Assembly: GCA_028719225.1 (NCBI GenBank)
Contig: JAQUKI010000002.1
Location: 1 to 34,799 of the forward strand
DNA length: 34,799 bases
Direction of reading: 5' to 3'
Source: Fidelibacterota bacterium
GTDB lineage: Bacteria; Fidelibacterota; UBA2242
Below the pieces are notes generated by a model that searched no databases, was not told the origin of the DNA, and saw nothing but the letters and a program-made list of their open reading frames with translations. Positions 1 to 7,420 of the stretch are shown piece after piece (positions within the stretch are counted from its first letter, which is position 1; the number at the start of each line of letters is the position of its first letter). The translations under genes were made by a program, and so were the position numbers.

Positions 1-81
1 ATACCCGCCGAAACGCTTGACGCATACATCATCGAAGAAAGAAGCCTACCGATCCGGGAATGGTGGAGCAAGAAATCTTGA
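1..81 (+). CDS. 3' end of an unidentified CDS entering from the left edge
   Basis: Frame 1 is open from nt 1 to TGA at 79-81 (IPAETLDAYIIEERSLPIREWWSKKS*). It is too short for any family call. Confidence 0.25.
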   Translation: MPAETLDAYIIEERSLPIREWWSKKS

Positions 82-104
82 ACGGCTTTTTGAATAACCG
101 AAAT

Positions 105-160
105 AAGCGGGATAGGATCGCAACCGAAAAGCGGAAAGTCCTGCCGCCTGCCCGCTTTAT
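105..160 (+). terminator. Possible compound hairpin terminator after the incoming CDS
   Basis: AAGCGGG (105-111) can pair with CCCGCTT (151-157). GCGG (131-134) and CCGC (144-147) are nested inside. The structure is followed by TAT. The T-tract is weak. Confidence 0.3.
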
Positions 161-183
161 TCACTTCAGGACGCAATGAAAGG

Positions 184-972
184 ATGGTTGCAATGGAACC
201 ACTTTACAGAATATTTAATCAATGCCAAATCAGGATTGTTCTGTCTGATAATTACCTTCTTGAATTATTTGAACCCGACAAAAAAGAATATGCAGAACAA
301 TTATCTGGATATATTAACCTTCTATATGAGATTCGAGCCGACATTGCACATTTTCGCGAACACGAAAAATATTTTTCTTCTATTCGAGAAATTGAGCAAT
401 ACAAAAACCTGAAGGTCATCTTTGAATTAAAACTCCGAAGTCAAATATTTCGGGAATGGATTTTTATGATTCTGGACAATATGGCCGGACTGTTTGAAAA
501 AAGCGATATTCCCGGCTTTATAAATAGTCAAACGAATCAGGATTATTTTAACGACATTAGAGCCGATATTTCTATAATCGAATCTAAAACAATCAATGCA
601 ATCGAAAAGGCCGAAAAGGAACGTGGCCGGATTCTGGAAACATTAGAGATAACAAACCGGATAAAGGCATTAACAAGCGATACGCCCATTTTGATTCCCG
701 AAATAGAAATCAAACCAGAACAAGCCGAATCGGATCGGGATAATGCAAACAATTCTGAAACAATTGGCAAACCAAAAAAACGCGGGCGCACAAAAGGAAC
801 AAAAGATAAATCCATTATTAGCCGGAATTATTGGATAAGAAAAAGAGAAATAGAACTACAAAAGAATAGCCTTGCCCGCAATGCTATTTACTCACAGATA
901 CAAACGGAAGTCAAACAGAGATTCCACAAAGAATTATCAATAAGAACAATTAAAAATATCATTTATAAATAG
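184..972 (+). CDS. Hypothetical element protein with an N-terminal helical region carrying an Rx4H (HEPN-like) motif and a basic, HTH-like C-terminal tail
   Basis: 262-aa ORF. The in-frame ATG at 193 has better AAAGGA spacing, so the real start may be 193. Motif YEIRADIAHF lies at nt 334-351 (R51..H56). The tail reads KPKKRGRTKGTKDK...LSIRTIKNII. No confident family match by eye. Confidence 0.5.
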   Translation: MVAMEPLYRIFNQCQIRIVLSDNYLLELFEPDKKEYAEQLSGYINLLYEIRADIAHFREHEKYFSSIREIEQYKNLKVIFELKLRSQIFREWIFMILDNMAGLFEKSDIPGFINSQTNQDYFNDIRADISIIESKTINAIEKAEKERGRILETLEITNRIKALTSDTPILIPEIEIKPEQAESDRDNANNSETIGKPKKRGRTKGTKDKSIISRNYWIRKREIELQKNSLARNAIYSQIQTEVKQRFHKELSIRTIKNIIYK

Positions 973-1072
973 TCCCTTTTTAGTCCTTTTTAAAGTGTAA
1001 AAGTTCTAATTATTTTTAGTCTATTCCACGACAAATAGGCAGTCCTTTTTTAGTCCTTAAAAAGGTATAAAC
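970..1072 (+). repeat. Direct repeats with TAGTCC core upstream of the replication genes (two ~34-bp composite copies plus one extra core)
   Basis: Cores: TAGTCCCTTTT 970-980, TAGTCCTTTTT 981-991, TAGTCTATTCC 1017-1027, CAGTCCTTTTT 1040-1050, TAGTCCTTAAA 1051-1061. Composite copy A (970-1003) and copy B (1040-1072) are about 74% identical and offset by 70 bp. Confidence 0.7.
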
Positions 1073-1155
1073 TATTTCCATTTATTTCATTCTGGCCAAA
1101 ATTATTTCTGTTCTTTGAACTAAAGATTGAACTGAATTAATAAAGGATTTTTAAA

Positions 1156-1338
1156 ATGGAATTTGTACACATACGAAAAAGGATGATAAGGATTTTCCCT
1201 AAATCGGCAGAAAGCGAAATTGAAATCAGGCGCGTGATCGACCGTCACTTGGACGCTATCAAGGAAATCCAAGCCGTTTTAGATCGAAAACCCAAAGATG
1301 GAAATTGGAAGGAAAACGATGCCAAGTCCACAGATTGA
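1156..1338 (+). CDS. Small hypothetical protein (60 aa)
   Basis: ATG is preceded by AAAGGA. It overlaps the likely start of the next gene by 20 nt. No recognisable motif. Confidence 0.4.
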   Translation: MEFVHIRKRMIRIFPKSAESEIEIRRVIDRHLDAIKEIQAVLDRKPKDGNWKENDAKSTD

Positions 1339-2209
1339 AGACGATCATTTAGACCTTAACGGCGGATGGATTCGGCTTTACCGGAAGGCAATGTATTCCG
1401 ACGTTTTCCAGAATTCCGACCTGTGGAAAGTCTGGAGTTATTGTTTACTCAAAGCCTGTCATTCGGCGCAAACCGTTAGCGTCAAAACCGGACGCGGTGA
1501 AACGCTTGTCAATCTCAAATCCGGCGAATTTATCTTTGGACGTAACGCGGCAAGCAAAGAATTGAAACTGCCCGCGTCAACGGTTCGCAACAAAATAGCA
1601 AAATTAAAGTCGATGCGAAATATCGATATAAAACAGGACAACCATTTTTCAATCATTTCTATAACGAGATGGAAAGAATATCAGCCGGAAAACTGGACAG
1701 GCAAAGGACAGGCAAAGGACAGGCAAACTCAAAATTTAGGACAGGCAAATGGACAAGCAATTTCCGACGAGAAACCGGATAATCAGGACAGGCAACAGAA
1801 CAGGCAAAAAAAAGAACACCCTCAAAAAGTGGACACATACAATAATACAAGAAGTATATATAAGAAAGAGGACGATTTTATTAAATCGCTTGTCTCTCTT
1901 TTTTCCGAAATCGAATCTTCATTCACAACCGAAGACTTGAAGTACAAACAAGAGTTTCTCGCTTATTGGACTGAAAAAAATCAAAACGGTAAAAAGGAAC
2001 GTTGGCAAATGCAGAAGGTTTTCGACGTAAAACGCCGATTCAGAACTTGGCTTCAGAATCATAATAATTGGAATCATTCGCCTTCAAAACCAACGATTGA
2101 CCTAAGCCGGATTTATTCCGCTTCCGAAGTCAACCAAGTTAAACAGTCCGAACCGTCGGCGGAGTTTCGATTCACGGGTCAAACAGACCAATTCCTGAGG
2201 CTAAAATGA
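1319..2209 (+). CDS. Replication initiator-like protein (N-terminal winged-HTH, low-complexity Q/K/D linker, conserved C-terminal domain)
   Basis: The track ORF starts at 1298, but the in-frame ATG at 1319 has GGAAGGAA 6 nt upstream. The N-terminus (WIRLYRK...GEFIFGRNAASKELKLPASTVRNKIAKL) looks like a phage O/DnaD-type wHTH. It overlaps the dnaB start in ATGA fashion and carries tandem iterons in its linker. Confidence 0.6.
   Translation: MPSPQIEDDHLDLNGGWIRLYRKAMYSDVFQNSDLWKVWSYCLLKACHSAQTVSVKTGRGETLVNLKSGEFIFGRNAASKELKLPASTVRNKIAKLKSMRNIDIKQDNHFSIISITRWKEYQPENWTGKGQAKDRQTQNLGQANGQAISDEKPDNQDRQQNRQKKEHPQKVDTYNNTRSIYKKEDDFIKSLVSLFSEIESSFTTEDLKYKQEFLAYWTEKNQNGKKERWQMQKVFDVKRRFRTWLQNHNNWNHSPSKPTIDLSRIYSASEVNQVKQSEPSAEFRFTGQTDQFLRLK
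1695..1808 (+). repeat. Seven copies of an 11-bp iteron (GGACAGGCAAA) inside the initiator gene; candidate origin of replication
   Basis: Exact copies at 1695-1705, 1706-1716, 1717-1727 and 1739-1749. Degenerate copies at 1751-1761 (GGACAAGCAAT), 1786-1796 (GGACAGGCAAC) and 1798-1808 (GAACAGGCAAA). An A/T-rich stretch follows at about 1805-1870. Confidence 0.75.
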
Positions 2210-3507
2210 ACCTTACTAACCTTCACGACGAACCGACCGAACGGGCTTTACTCGGCAAACTCATAAACGATCCCGAAAGCCTTGCCCGTATTGACGGGCT
2301 TTCCGTCGATGACTTTTATTCTGACTTCGGGAAAATTATTTTTTCGGCGATTCAAAATCTAACCAAAAATGGTAAGTCTGCGGACTTGCTTGCCGTTTCT
2401 AACTATTTGAAATCGTCAGGCGATTTGCAAAAGATCGGCGGAGATTTTTTTCTAACCGGATTAGGTGAATATTTTGTTTCGTCGGGACTGATAGCGCAGG
2501 ATGCGGAGCGGTTGATCGACTTGGCTAACCGTCGGCGCGTTTATTTCGCTTTGACTTCCGGCGTTCAAAATCTGGAAACCGGTTCGGGCTTGCCCGAAGT
2601 GACTGAATCGGTTTTATCGGCTTTGCAAGAAACCGAACACAAAGACGGCGGATCGTTTAGGCCTATTTCGGAAGCGACGGACAGATTGATCGATGAACTT
2701 GACGTTGTAATGGCGGGAAAATCAACAGTCATTCCAACGGGATTTTATGACCTTGATGCCTTGATTGAAGGGCTTAGACCGTCTGATGTTATTATCATCG
2801 GAGCGCGAACAAGTGCGGGCAAGACACTTTTCGCCTTGAACGTTGCGCTTCATGTTTTAAAGTCCGGCTTTCCGGTCGGTTTGATTTCGTTGGAAATGAG
2901 TAAGAACCAGATCGCAAGACGGTTGATTTGTGCGTCCGAAAAAATTGACGTTTCTAAAATCCGACCGCGCAGGATTGACGATGACACTTACAAACGATAT
3001 TTACACGGGATCGAGAAACTTCAAGCGTTGCCATTATTCATTCAAGATTTATCGTCTGGTCGGGCTTTTCAGATTTTAACGCAGGTGGAATATTTAGTAA
3101 AGATGCGCGGCATTCGCTTGCTTATTTTCGATCACTTACAACTTATGAACAGTGGGAAATCGGAAACCAGAAACTTAGAACTTGGCGAAATCAGTCGGGC
3201 AATTAAACTTTTTGCGTTAAAAAATCAAATCCCGGTTATGGTTTTATCACAAATGAACCGTAAATCCGGCGATTCGGGAATGCCGAATCTATCCGAACTT
3301 CGGGACTCCGGAGCGATTGAGCAGGACGCCGACATTGTGCTTTTATTAAATCGAGTTTCTGAAGCGACAACGAACGGGATGAAAGATTTTCTTCAAGTAA
3401 AGGTTGGAAAAAATCGTCATGGACAAACAGGCGAAATAACCCTTAACGTCTTTTTAGATCAACAACGACTTGAAAATTTTACAACCCAAATGGAATCACA
3501 GTTTTAA
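2206..3507 (+). CDS. dnaB: Replicative DNA helicase, DnaB family
   Basis: 433 aa with a DnaB N-terminal domain (ERALLGKLINDPE), Walker A GARTSAGKT, Walker B-like LLIFDHLQLM, SQMNR and RDSGAIEQDADIV. GAGG RBS. Confidence 0.9.
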   Translation: MNLTNLHDEPTERALLGKLINDPESLARIDGLSVDDFYSDFGKIIFSAIQNLTKNGKSADLLAVSNYLKSSGDLQKIGGDFFLTGLGEYFVSSGLIAQDAERLIDLANRRRVYFALTSGVQNLETGSGLPEVTESVLSALQETEHKDGGSFRPISEATDRLIDELDVVMAGKSTVIPTGFYDLDALIEGLRPSDVIIIGARTSAGKTLFALNVALHVLKSGFPVGLISLEMSKNQIARRLICASEKIDVSKIRPRRIDDDTYKRYLHGIEKLQALPLFIQDLSSGRAFQILTQVEYLVKMRGIRLLIFDHLQLMNSGKSETRNLELGEISRAIKLFALKNQIPVMVLSQMNRKSGDSGMPNLSELRDSGAIEQDADIVLLLNRVSEATTNGMKDFLQVKVGKNRHGQTGEITLNVFLDQQRLENFTTQMESQF

Positions 3508-3563
3508 CAAGAAATGAAAAACAAACCTTTGAAAACAACAAACATTTACAAAAAAGAAAGGAC

Positions 3564-3827
3564 TTGAACATGCCTAAAAAAGGAAAAAGCAACAATCCTA
3601 ATGGAAGGCCGAAGGGCATCCCGAACAAATTAACGAAGGAACTTCGGGAATCATTGAAGACCGTGATTGCGGGACATATAGAGCAAATCGGTAAAGACCT
3701 TGACGAACTTCCGGCAAAAGATAGATTGGAAATTCTTGTTAAACTCTTGGCCTATATTTTACCAAAGGTTGAGGATGTCAATCCGGGATACGGAGAGCCT
3801 TTAGATTTTGATTTAAACGACCTTTAG
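3564..3827 (+). CDS. Small hypothetical phage-type protein (NPNGRPKG motif, DUF5681-like)
   Basis: 87 aa with an AAAGGA RBS. The basic N-terminus SNNPNGRPKGIPNK is typical of small phage proteins of unknown function. Confidence 0.5.
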   Translation: MNMPKKGKSNNPNGRPKGIPNKLTKELRESLKTVIAGHIEQIGKDLDELPAKDRLEILVKLLAYILPKVEDVNPGYGEPLDFDLNDL

Positions 3828-3835
3828 GAAATGCA

Positions 3836-4129
3836 ATGGAAAATGAAACCTTACTTTTTCAACGAATCGAGCAGATTGACCAGAAACTTGACAATTTGAA
3901 GACTGGTTTTCCGGCTTGGTTATCCGTCCGTCAACTTGCCGAATATCTAAGCCTTTCCGCATCTTCGATCCGTAAGATGATAAGCGCAGGGACGATCCCT
4001 TTTAAAAGGCTTCCAACGGCGGACGGCGGATCGATCCGGTTCAATCGCAGACAGATCGACCTTTGGTTATTGAGCGGTGACGTGAAACCAACAGCACGGG
4101 CGCGGTCAACCTTTGAGGTTTTCTTATGA
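3836..4129 (+). CDS. Excisionase-family helix-turn-helix DNA-binding protein
   Basis: 97 aa. WLSVRQLAEYLSLSASSIRKMISAGTIPFKRL...IRFNRRQIDLWL fits the MerR/excisionase HTH_17 pattern. ATGA overlap with the MTase gene. Confidence 0.6.
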   Translation: MENETLLFQRIEQIDQKLDNLKTGFPAWLSVRQLAEYLSLSASSIRKMISAGTIPFKRLPTADGGSIRFNRRQIDLWLLSGDVKPTARARSTFEVFL

Positions 4130-5016
4130 TTCCGATTAACGAAATCATTCACGGCGACGCCTATGATTTGATGCCAGAAATCGAGCCGGAAAGTGTTGAA
4201 CTGATTTTCACCGATCCGCCTTATGAACAAAGCCTTCGGGAAATTTACGCTGACTGGAATCACGGCTTAGACTGGAATCGATTAGCGTCTGAGTTTGACA
4301 GAATCCTGAAACCAAGCGGGCAGGTAGCAATGTTCTGCGACTGGACGACCGGCCAAATTCTTTCAACAGTTTTGATGCCAAAGTTCCGCTTCCGTTTTTT
4401 ATGGATTTGGCGAAAGCCGAACGGTCAACCCGTCGGGAAAAAACAACCGATAAATGAGGTTGAATTGATAATCGTTTATTCCAAAAGGAAATCAAGGATC
4501 GGCAATTTAACATTTAACTGGAAAGAGATTTCAACCGTCGGCGGCGAACCTTACCGGCGCAAATTTAGCCGAAATAATCAGACGCGGAAACCGATTAAGC
4601 CTTACGTTTCCGAATCAAGTGGTAAGCGTTACCCTAAGCAGATTTTAGATTTTCCAACGAAATGCAACCTGCCGGGAACGGAGCGAACCGATCACCCAAC
4701 GCAGAAACCCGTCGGGCTTTGCGGTTACGTCGTCAAGGCCTTGAGCAACATCGGCGACTTGGTTTGTGATCCGTTTGCTGGAAGCGGTTCAATTCCTATC
4801 GCTTGTCACCGATTGAACCGGCGATTCGTTGCCTTCGAGCGTGATCCTGAGTATTACCGGATGGCGTCGGAGCGGCTTAGGAATGAGCGGGCGCAAGGCA
4901 ATTTATTCGGGCGTGAACCAAAAATGCCAACAGACCGGCCTAATGAGCCGTTTGACGGCTTAGAATCAATCAAAATGGGCTTATATCAACCTGCGGAAAT
5001 AATGGTGAAAAAATGA
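4126..5016 (+). CDS. DNA methyltransferase, beta-class N6-adenine/N4-cytosine (N6_N4_Mtase family), orphan
   Basis: Motif IV FTDPPY is near the N-terminus. HPTQKP and motif I DPFAGSGS are near the C-terminus (IV-to-I order, which defines the beta class). No nuclease gene is adjacent. Confidence 0.85.
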   Translation: MIPINEIIHGDAYDLMPEIEPESVELIFTDPPYEQSLREIYADWNHGLDWNRLASEFDRILKPSGQVAMFCDWTTGQILSTVLMPKFRFRFLWIWRKPNGQPVGKKQPINEVELIIVYSKRKSRIGNLTFNWKEISTVGGEPYRRKFSRNNQTRKPIKPYVSESSGKRYPKQILDFPTKCNLPGTERTDHPTQKPVGLCGYVVKALSNIGDLVCDPFAGSGSIPIACHRLNRRFVAFERDPEYYRMASERLRNERAQGNLFGREPKMPTDRPNEPFDGLESIKMGLYQPAEIMVKK

Positions 5017-5420
5017 AGATAATCGTTTACGGTGATCCGAAAGCGCAAAAGAGACCGAGATTTTCAAGACGCGGTAAATTCGTAACTACATACGATCCGT
5101 CCAAATCCGACAAAGATAATTTTCTTTGTCAAGTGATTCAGAACCGACCGGATCAACCTTTGGACTGTCCGCTTAGTATTTCATGTAAATTTTATTTTCC
5201 AATTCCGAAAAGTATTTCCAAAGTGAAACGGCAATCCATGATGGCCGACTGTTTTCCCGTCACAACAAGACCAGACCTTGACAATTTGGAAAAGTTCGTT
5301 TTGGATTCTTTGTCGGGAATCTATTTTAAAGACGATTCGCAAATATTTGCCTTATCATCGAGTAAGTTTTACTCAGTAACACCGCGAACCGAAATTGAGA
5401 TAGACGATGCGCGTTTTTAG
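5013..5420 (+). CDS. rusA: RusA-family Holliday junction resolvase
   Basis: 135 aa. PRFSRRGKFVTTYDP...RPDLDNLEKFVLDSLSGIYFKDDSQI matches the RusA signature, including the catalytic Asp cluster. ATGA overlap with the MTase gene. Confidence 0.8.
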   Translation: MKIIVYGDPKAQKRPRFSRRGKFVTTYDPSKSDKDNFLCQVIQNRPDQPLDCPLSISCKFYFPIPKSISKVKRQSMMADCFPVTTRPDLDNLEKFVLDSLSGIYFKDDSQIFALSSSKFYSVTPRTEIEIDDARF

Positions 5421-5604
5421 GCGATTACAGCGTTTTATTTTCCGGCTTAGTACAAAGAGACCAATCCAACAACGAAAATCGATCCTGAGCCGTTTGGTGG
5501 CGATATTGCCTTATTTATCATACCCGTATCAATCGTTTGGTATGCCAATTGAATCAAATCAACAGGAACGGTATATTTATTTACGGTAATTTGCAAGATT
5601 ATTC

Positions 5605-5645
5605 TTGACAATTCACGAAATTATTACTATTCTACCGGTAGAATA
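5605..5645 (+). promoter_or_regulatory. Sigma70-like promoter with a palindromic operator overlapping the -10, upstream of xis-int
   Basis: TTGACA at 5605-5610, a 17-nt spacer, then TATTCT at 5628-5633. A perfect 18-bp palindrome TATTCTACCGGTAGAATA at 5628-5645 lies 23 nt upstream of the xis ATG. Confidence 0.45.
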
Positions 5646-5668
5646 TATTTAACAAATGGAGCGTAAAA

Positions 5669-5854
5669 ATGAACACCGAAAAGAAATTACTGACAATCAA
5701 AGAAACCGCTTTGATGTTAAGAGTATCCCAGAGAACGGTTTTTAACTATATTCAACAAGGTAAATTAAAACCTGTAAAACTTGGCGGAGTTAGCAAAACA
5801 GGAAAGAATTTGATCCCGGTTGGACAGGTTGAAAAACTCATTAAACAGGATTAA
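5669..5854 (+). CDS. xis: Excisionase (Xis)-type HTH protein
   Basis: 61 aa. LLTIKETALMLRVSQRTVFNYIQQGKLKPVKLG fits the excisionase-family DNA-binding domain. GGAG RBS. It sits immediately upstream of int. Confidence 0.7.
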   Translation: MNTEKKLLTIKETALMLRVSQRTVFNYIQQGKLKPVKLGGVSKTGKNLIPVGQVEKLIKQD

Positions 5855-5859
5855 TAATT

Positions 5860-6858
5860 ATGGCCGGATTGCGATTATTAAAGGGAAAATATTATATCCG
5901 TGTTTGGATCGACGGCAAGGAAAAACTCTTACCGACAGGGACGGCCAACCTTCGGGATGCCGAAGTCCAAAAGAAACGAATCGAGCGGCAAGAAATCGAA
6001 GTCAAGCAGAAAATCCGTGATGAAATAGACGCACTTAAAAACCGTCGGACGATTCAAGAAGGTATTGACTATTTTCTAAAGAACATTGGCGCGGAGCGGA
6101 ATATCACCGAATCAACTGTTAAAAGCTATCGTTTGGCGGGCAAAGATTTTCAGAACGCATTAAACAGTCTGGTTTACTTCGATTCGATCCAGAGAACGAA
6201 TTACAGCGATTTGTTGGCCTATCTCCAAAGCCGATATAATCCGACGACGGTAAACATTCGCCTGCGCGGGATTCGTTGCATATTGAATTTTCTATCTGAA
6301 AAGGGATTGATTCAATTACCCTTTAAGGTTAAACAGATCAAGACCGACCGACAACTTCCGAAGTTCATCACACCGGAAGAAATGGACACGATTTATAAAC
6401 AGGTAAACGATCCGAAGTTAGCGGCAACGTTTCGAGTTTATGAGTTTACAGGAATGCGGCTTAGTGAATTATTACACTCACGGTTGACCGGTAATTTTAT
6501 TAAGGTTGAACAAAGTAAAGGACGCAAGGAAAGAATCATTCCAATACCGGCTGAGCGGGTAACGGATTATTTATTGGCAACAAACGAGCCTTACAGCATT
6601 TATCATATTAGCCATAAATTTTCTGTGTATTGTAAACAAGCCGGATTAAAAGGCAAAACAATACATGCACTAAGACACACATTTGCACTACGGAAACTGG
6701 TTGAAACAAATAATATTCAGATAGTCAAAGAACTGTTAGGGCATTCGAGCGTAACCGTTACTGAGATTTATACAACCTTTCCGGTTGACTTTTTAATGCA
6801 AATATTTAAAGACCGGGCTATCAATACCGAGAATTACAGACCTTTAATTCAGGCTTAA
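5860..6858 (+). CDS. int: Tyrosine site-specific integrase
   Basis: 332 aa with catalytic signature R (FTGMRLSEL), K (KGRKERIIPI), HxxR (HALRHTFA) and H...Y (LLGHSSVTVTEIY). Confidence 0.9.
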   Translation: MAGLRLLKGKYYIRVWIDGKEKLLPTGTANLRDAEVQKKRIERQEIEVKQKIRDEIDALKNRRTIQEGIDYFLKNIGAERNITESTVKSYRLAGKDFQNALNSLVYFDSIQRTNYSDLLAYLQSRYNPTTVNIRLRGIRCILNFLSEKGLIQLPFKVKQIKTDRQLPKFITPEEMDTIYKQVNDPKLAATFRVYEFTGMRLSELLHSRLTGNFIKVEQSKGRKERIIPIPAERVTDYLLATNEPYSIYHISHKFSVYCKQAGLKGKTIHALRHTFALRKLVETNNIQIVKELLGHSSVTVTEIYTTFPVDFLMQIFKDRAINTENYRPLIQA

Positions 6859-6930
6859 AAATGAACGTTTGGAACCTGATTTTCGGATACCGGCGGGATA
6901 CCATTTGTTTGCCTTCGTCTGCAACATTTA

Positions 6931-6974
6931 GACTGAAAATCCCTGTGTCGGCGGTTCAATTCCGTCCCTCGCCA
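6931..6974 (+). other. att site: 3' 44 nt of tRNA-Phe(GAA), from the anticodon loop to the discriminator; not a complete tRNA
   Basis: Anticodon loop CTGAAAA 6933-6939, TCCCT, variable GTGTC, T-arm GGCGG-TTCAATT-CCGTC, acceptor 3' strand CCTCGCC 6967-6973, discriminator A 6974. No complementary GGCGAGG 5' acceptor strand or D-arm lies upstream. Confidence 0.75.
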
Positions 6975-7420
6975 CAAATCAACTTTCCCGACGTGAAACA
7001 CCCTTTTTCAGGTTCTATTTATCATAAGAGACAATTTGTTGTACTTGAAGTTTACTGCTTTATCAAAACATTTTTTATTACTCCATCGTGAACAGAAACC
7101 GGTGGAGAAGGAAACGAACAAGGCCCGGAATTCCGAACTTTAAAACACTCGCGCTTATTTGTGATTTGGATCGTAATACTGGGTTTTTTCTTCATTTTAT
7201 AACAAATTGACACAGTTAGTTATAGGGTTCTCCTTGATGATACACATTTTCCTACTAAATTAGCCAGTTCAAATATCTTAGTTTTTTGATACCATTAAAA
7301 TAAATATCGGTTAAACGGAAACAGAAACACGTTTTATACATTTACATGTTTTATAAAGAAAAATATTGCAGTTAAATCGTTATATGGTTATCTAATTACT
7401 CATGTTAAAAACTCGAAAAA

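Larger units (their letters stand above)
1..6974 (+). mobile_element. Right-hand ~7 kb of an integrated tyrosine-recombinase element (prophage-, satellite- or island-like). The left boundary is outside the window and the right boundary is a tRNA-Phe-derived att site.
   Basis: All genes are co-directional on the + strand: replication initiator, DnaB, HTH, MTase, RusA, Xis, Int. The last gene is a tyrosine integrase, followed 72 nt later by the 3' 44 nt of a tRNA-Phe. Confidence 0.7.

Noticed and set aside
1298-1318. Upstream ATG (1298) as the initiator start
   Set aside because: No purine-rich RBS precedes it, whereas the in-frame ATG at 1319 has GGAAGGAA at ideal spacing. The longer form would also overlap the small ORF by 41 nt.
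1695-1808. Tandem repeats as a possible CRISPR array
   Set aside because: The repeat unit is only 11 bp, the first three copies are contiguous with no spacers, the region lies inside an open reading frame, and no cas genes are present. An iteron origin fits better.
4126-5016. Restriction-modification system
   Set aside because: Only the methyltransferase is present. The flanking genes are an HTH protein and RusA, and no nuclease-like ORF is seen on either strand.
5407-5589. 60-aa Arg-rich ORF overlapping the RusA stop
   Set aside because: It has no RBS and low-complexity basic composition, and it lies over the region carrying repeated motifs and the xis-int promoter. I treat it as non-coding regulatory DNA.
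6902-6974. Possible complete tRNA-Phe gene
   Set aside because: Only the anticodon loop, 3' anticodon stem, variable loop, T-arm and acceptor 3' strand are present. The 73 nt upstream window has no GGCGAGG acceptor 5' strand, no D-arm, and the anticodon stem 5' strand (TTAGA) does not pair with TCCCT.
6861-7091. 76-aa + strand ORF immediately after int
   Set aside because: It is read straight through the tRNA-Phe-derived att fragment (6931-6974). It has no RBS and no recognisable protein features, so it is most likely spurious.
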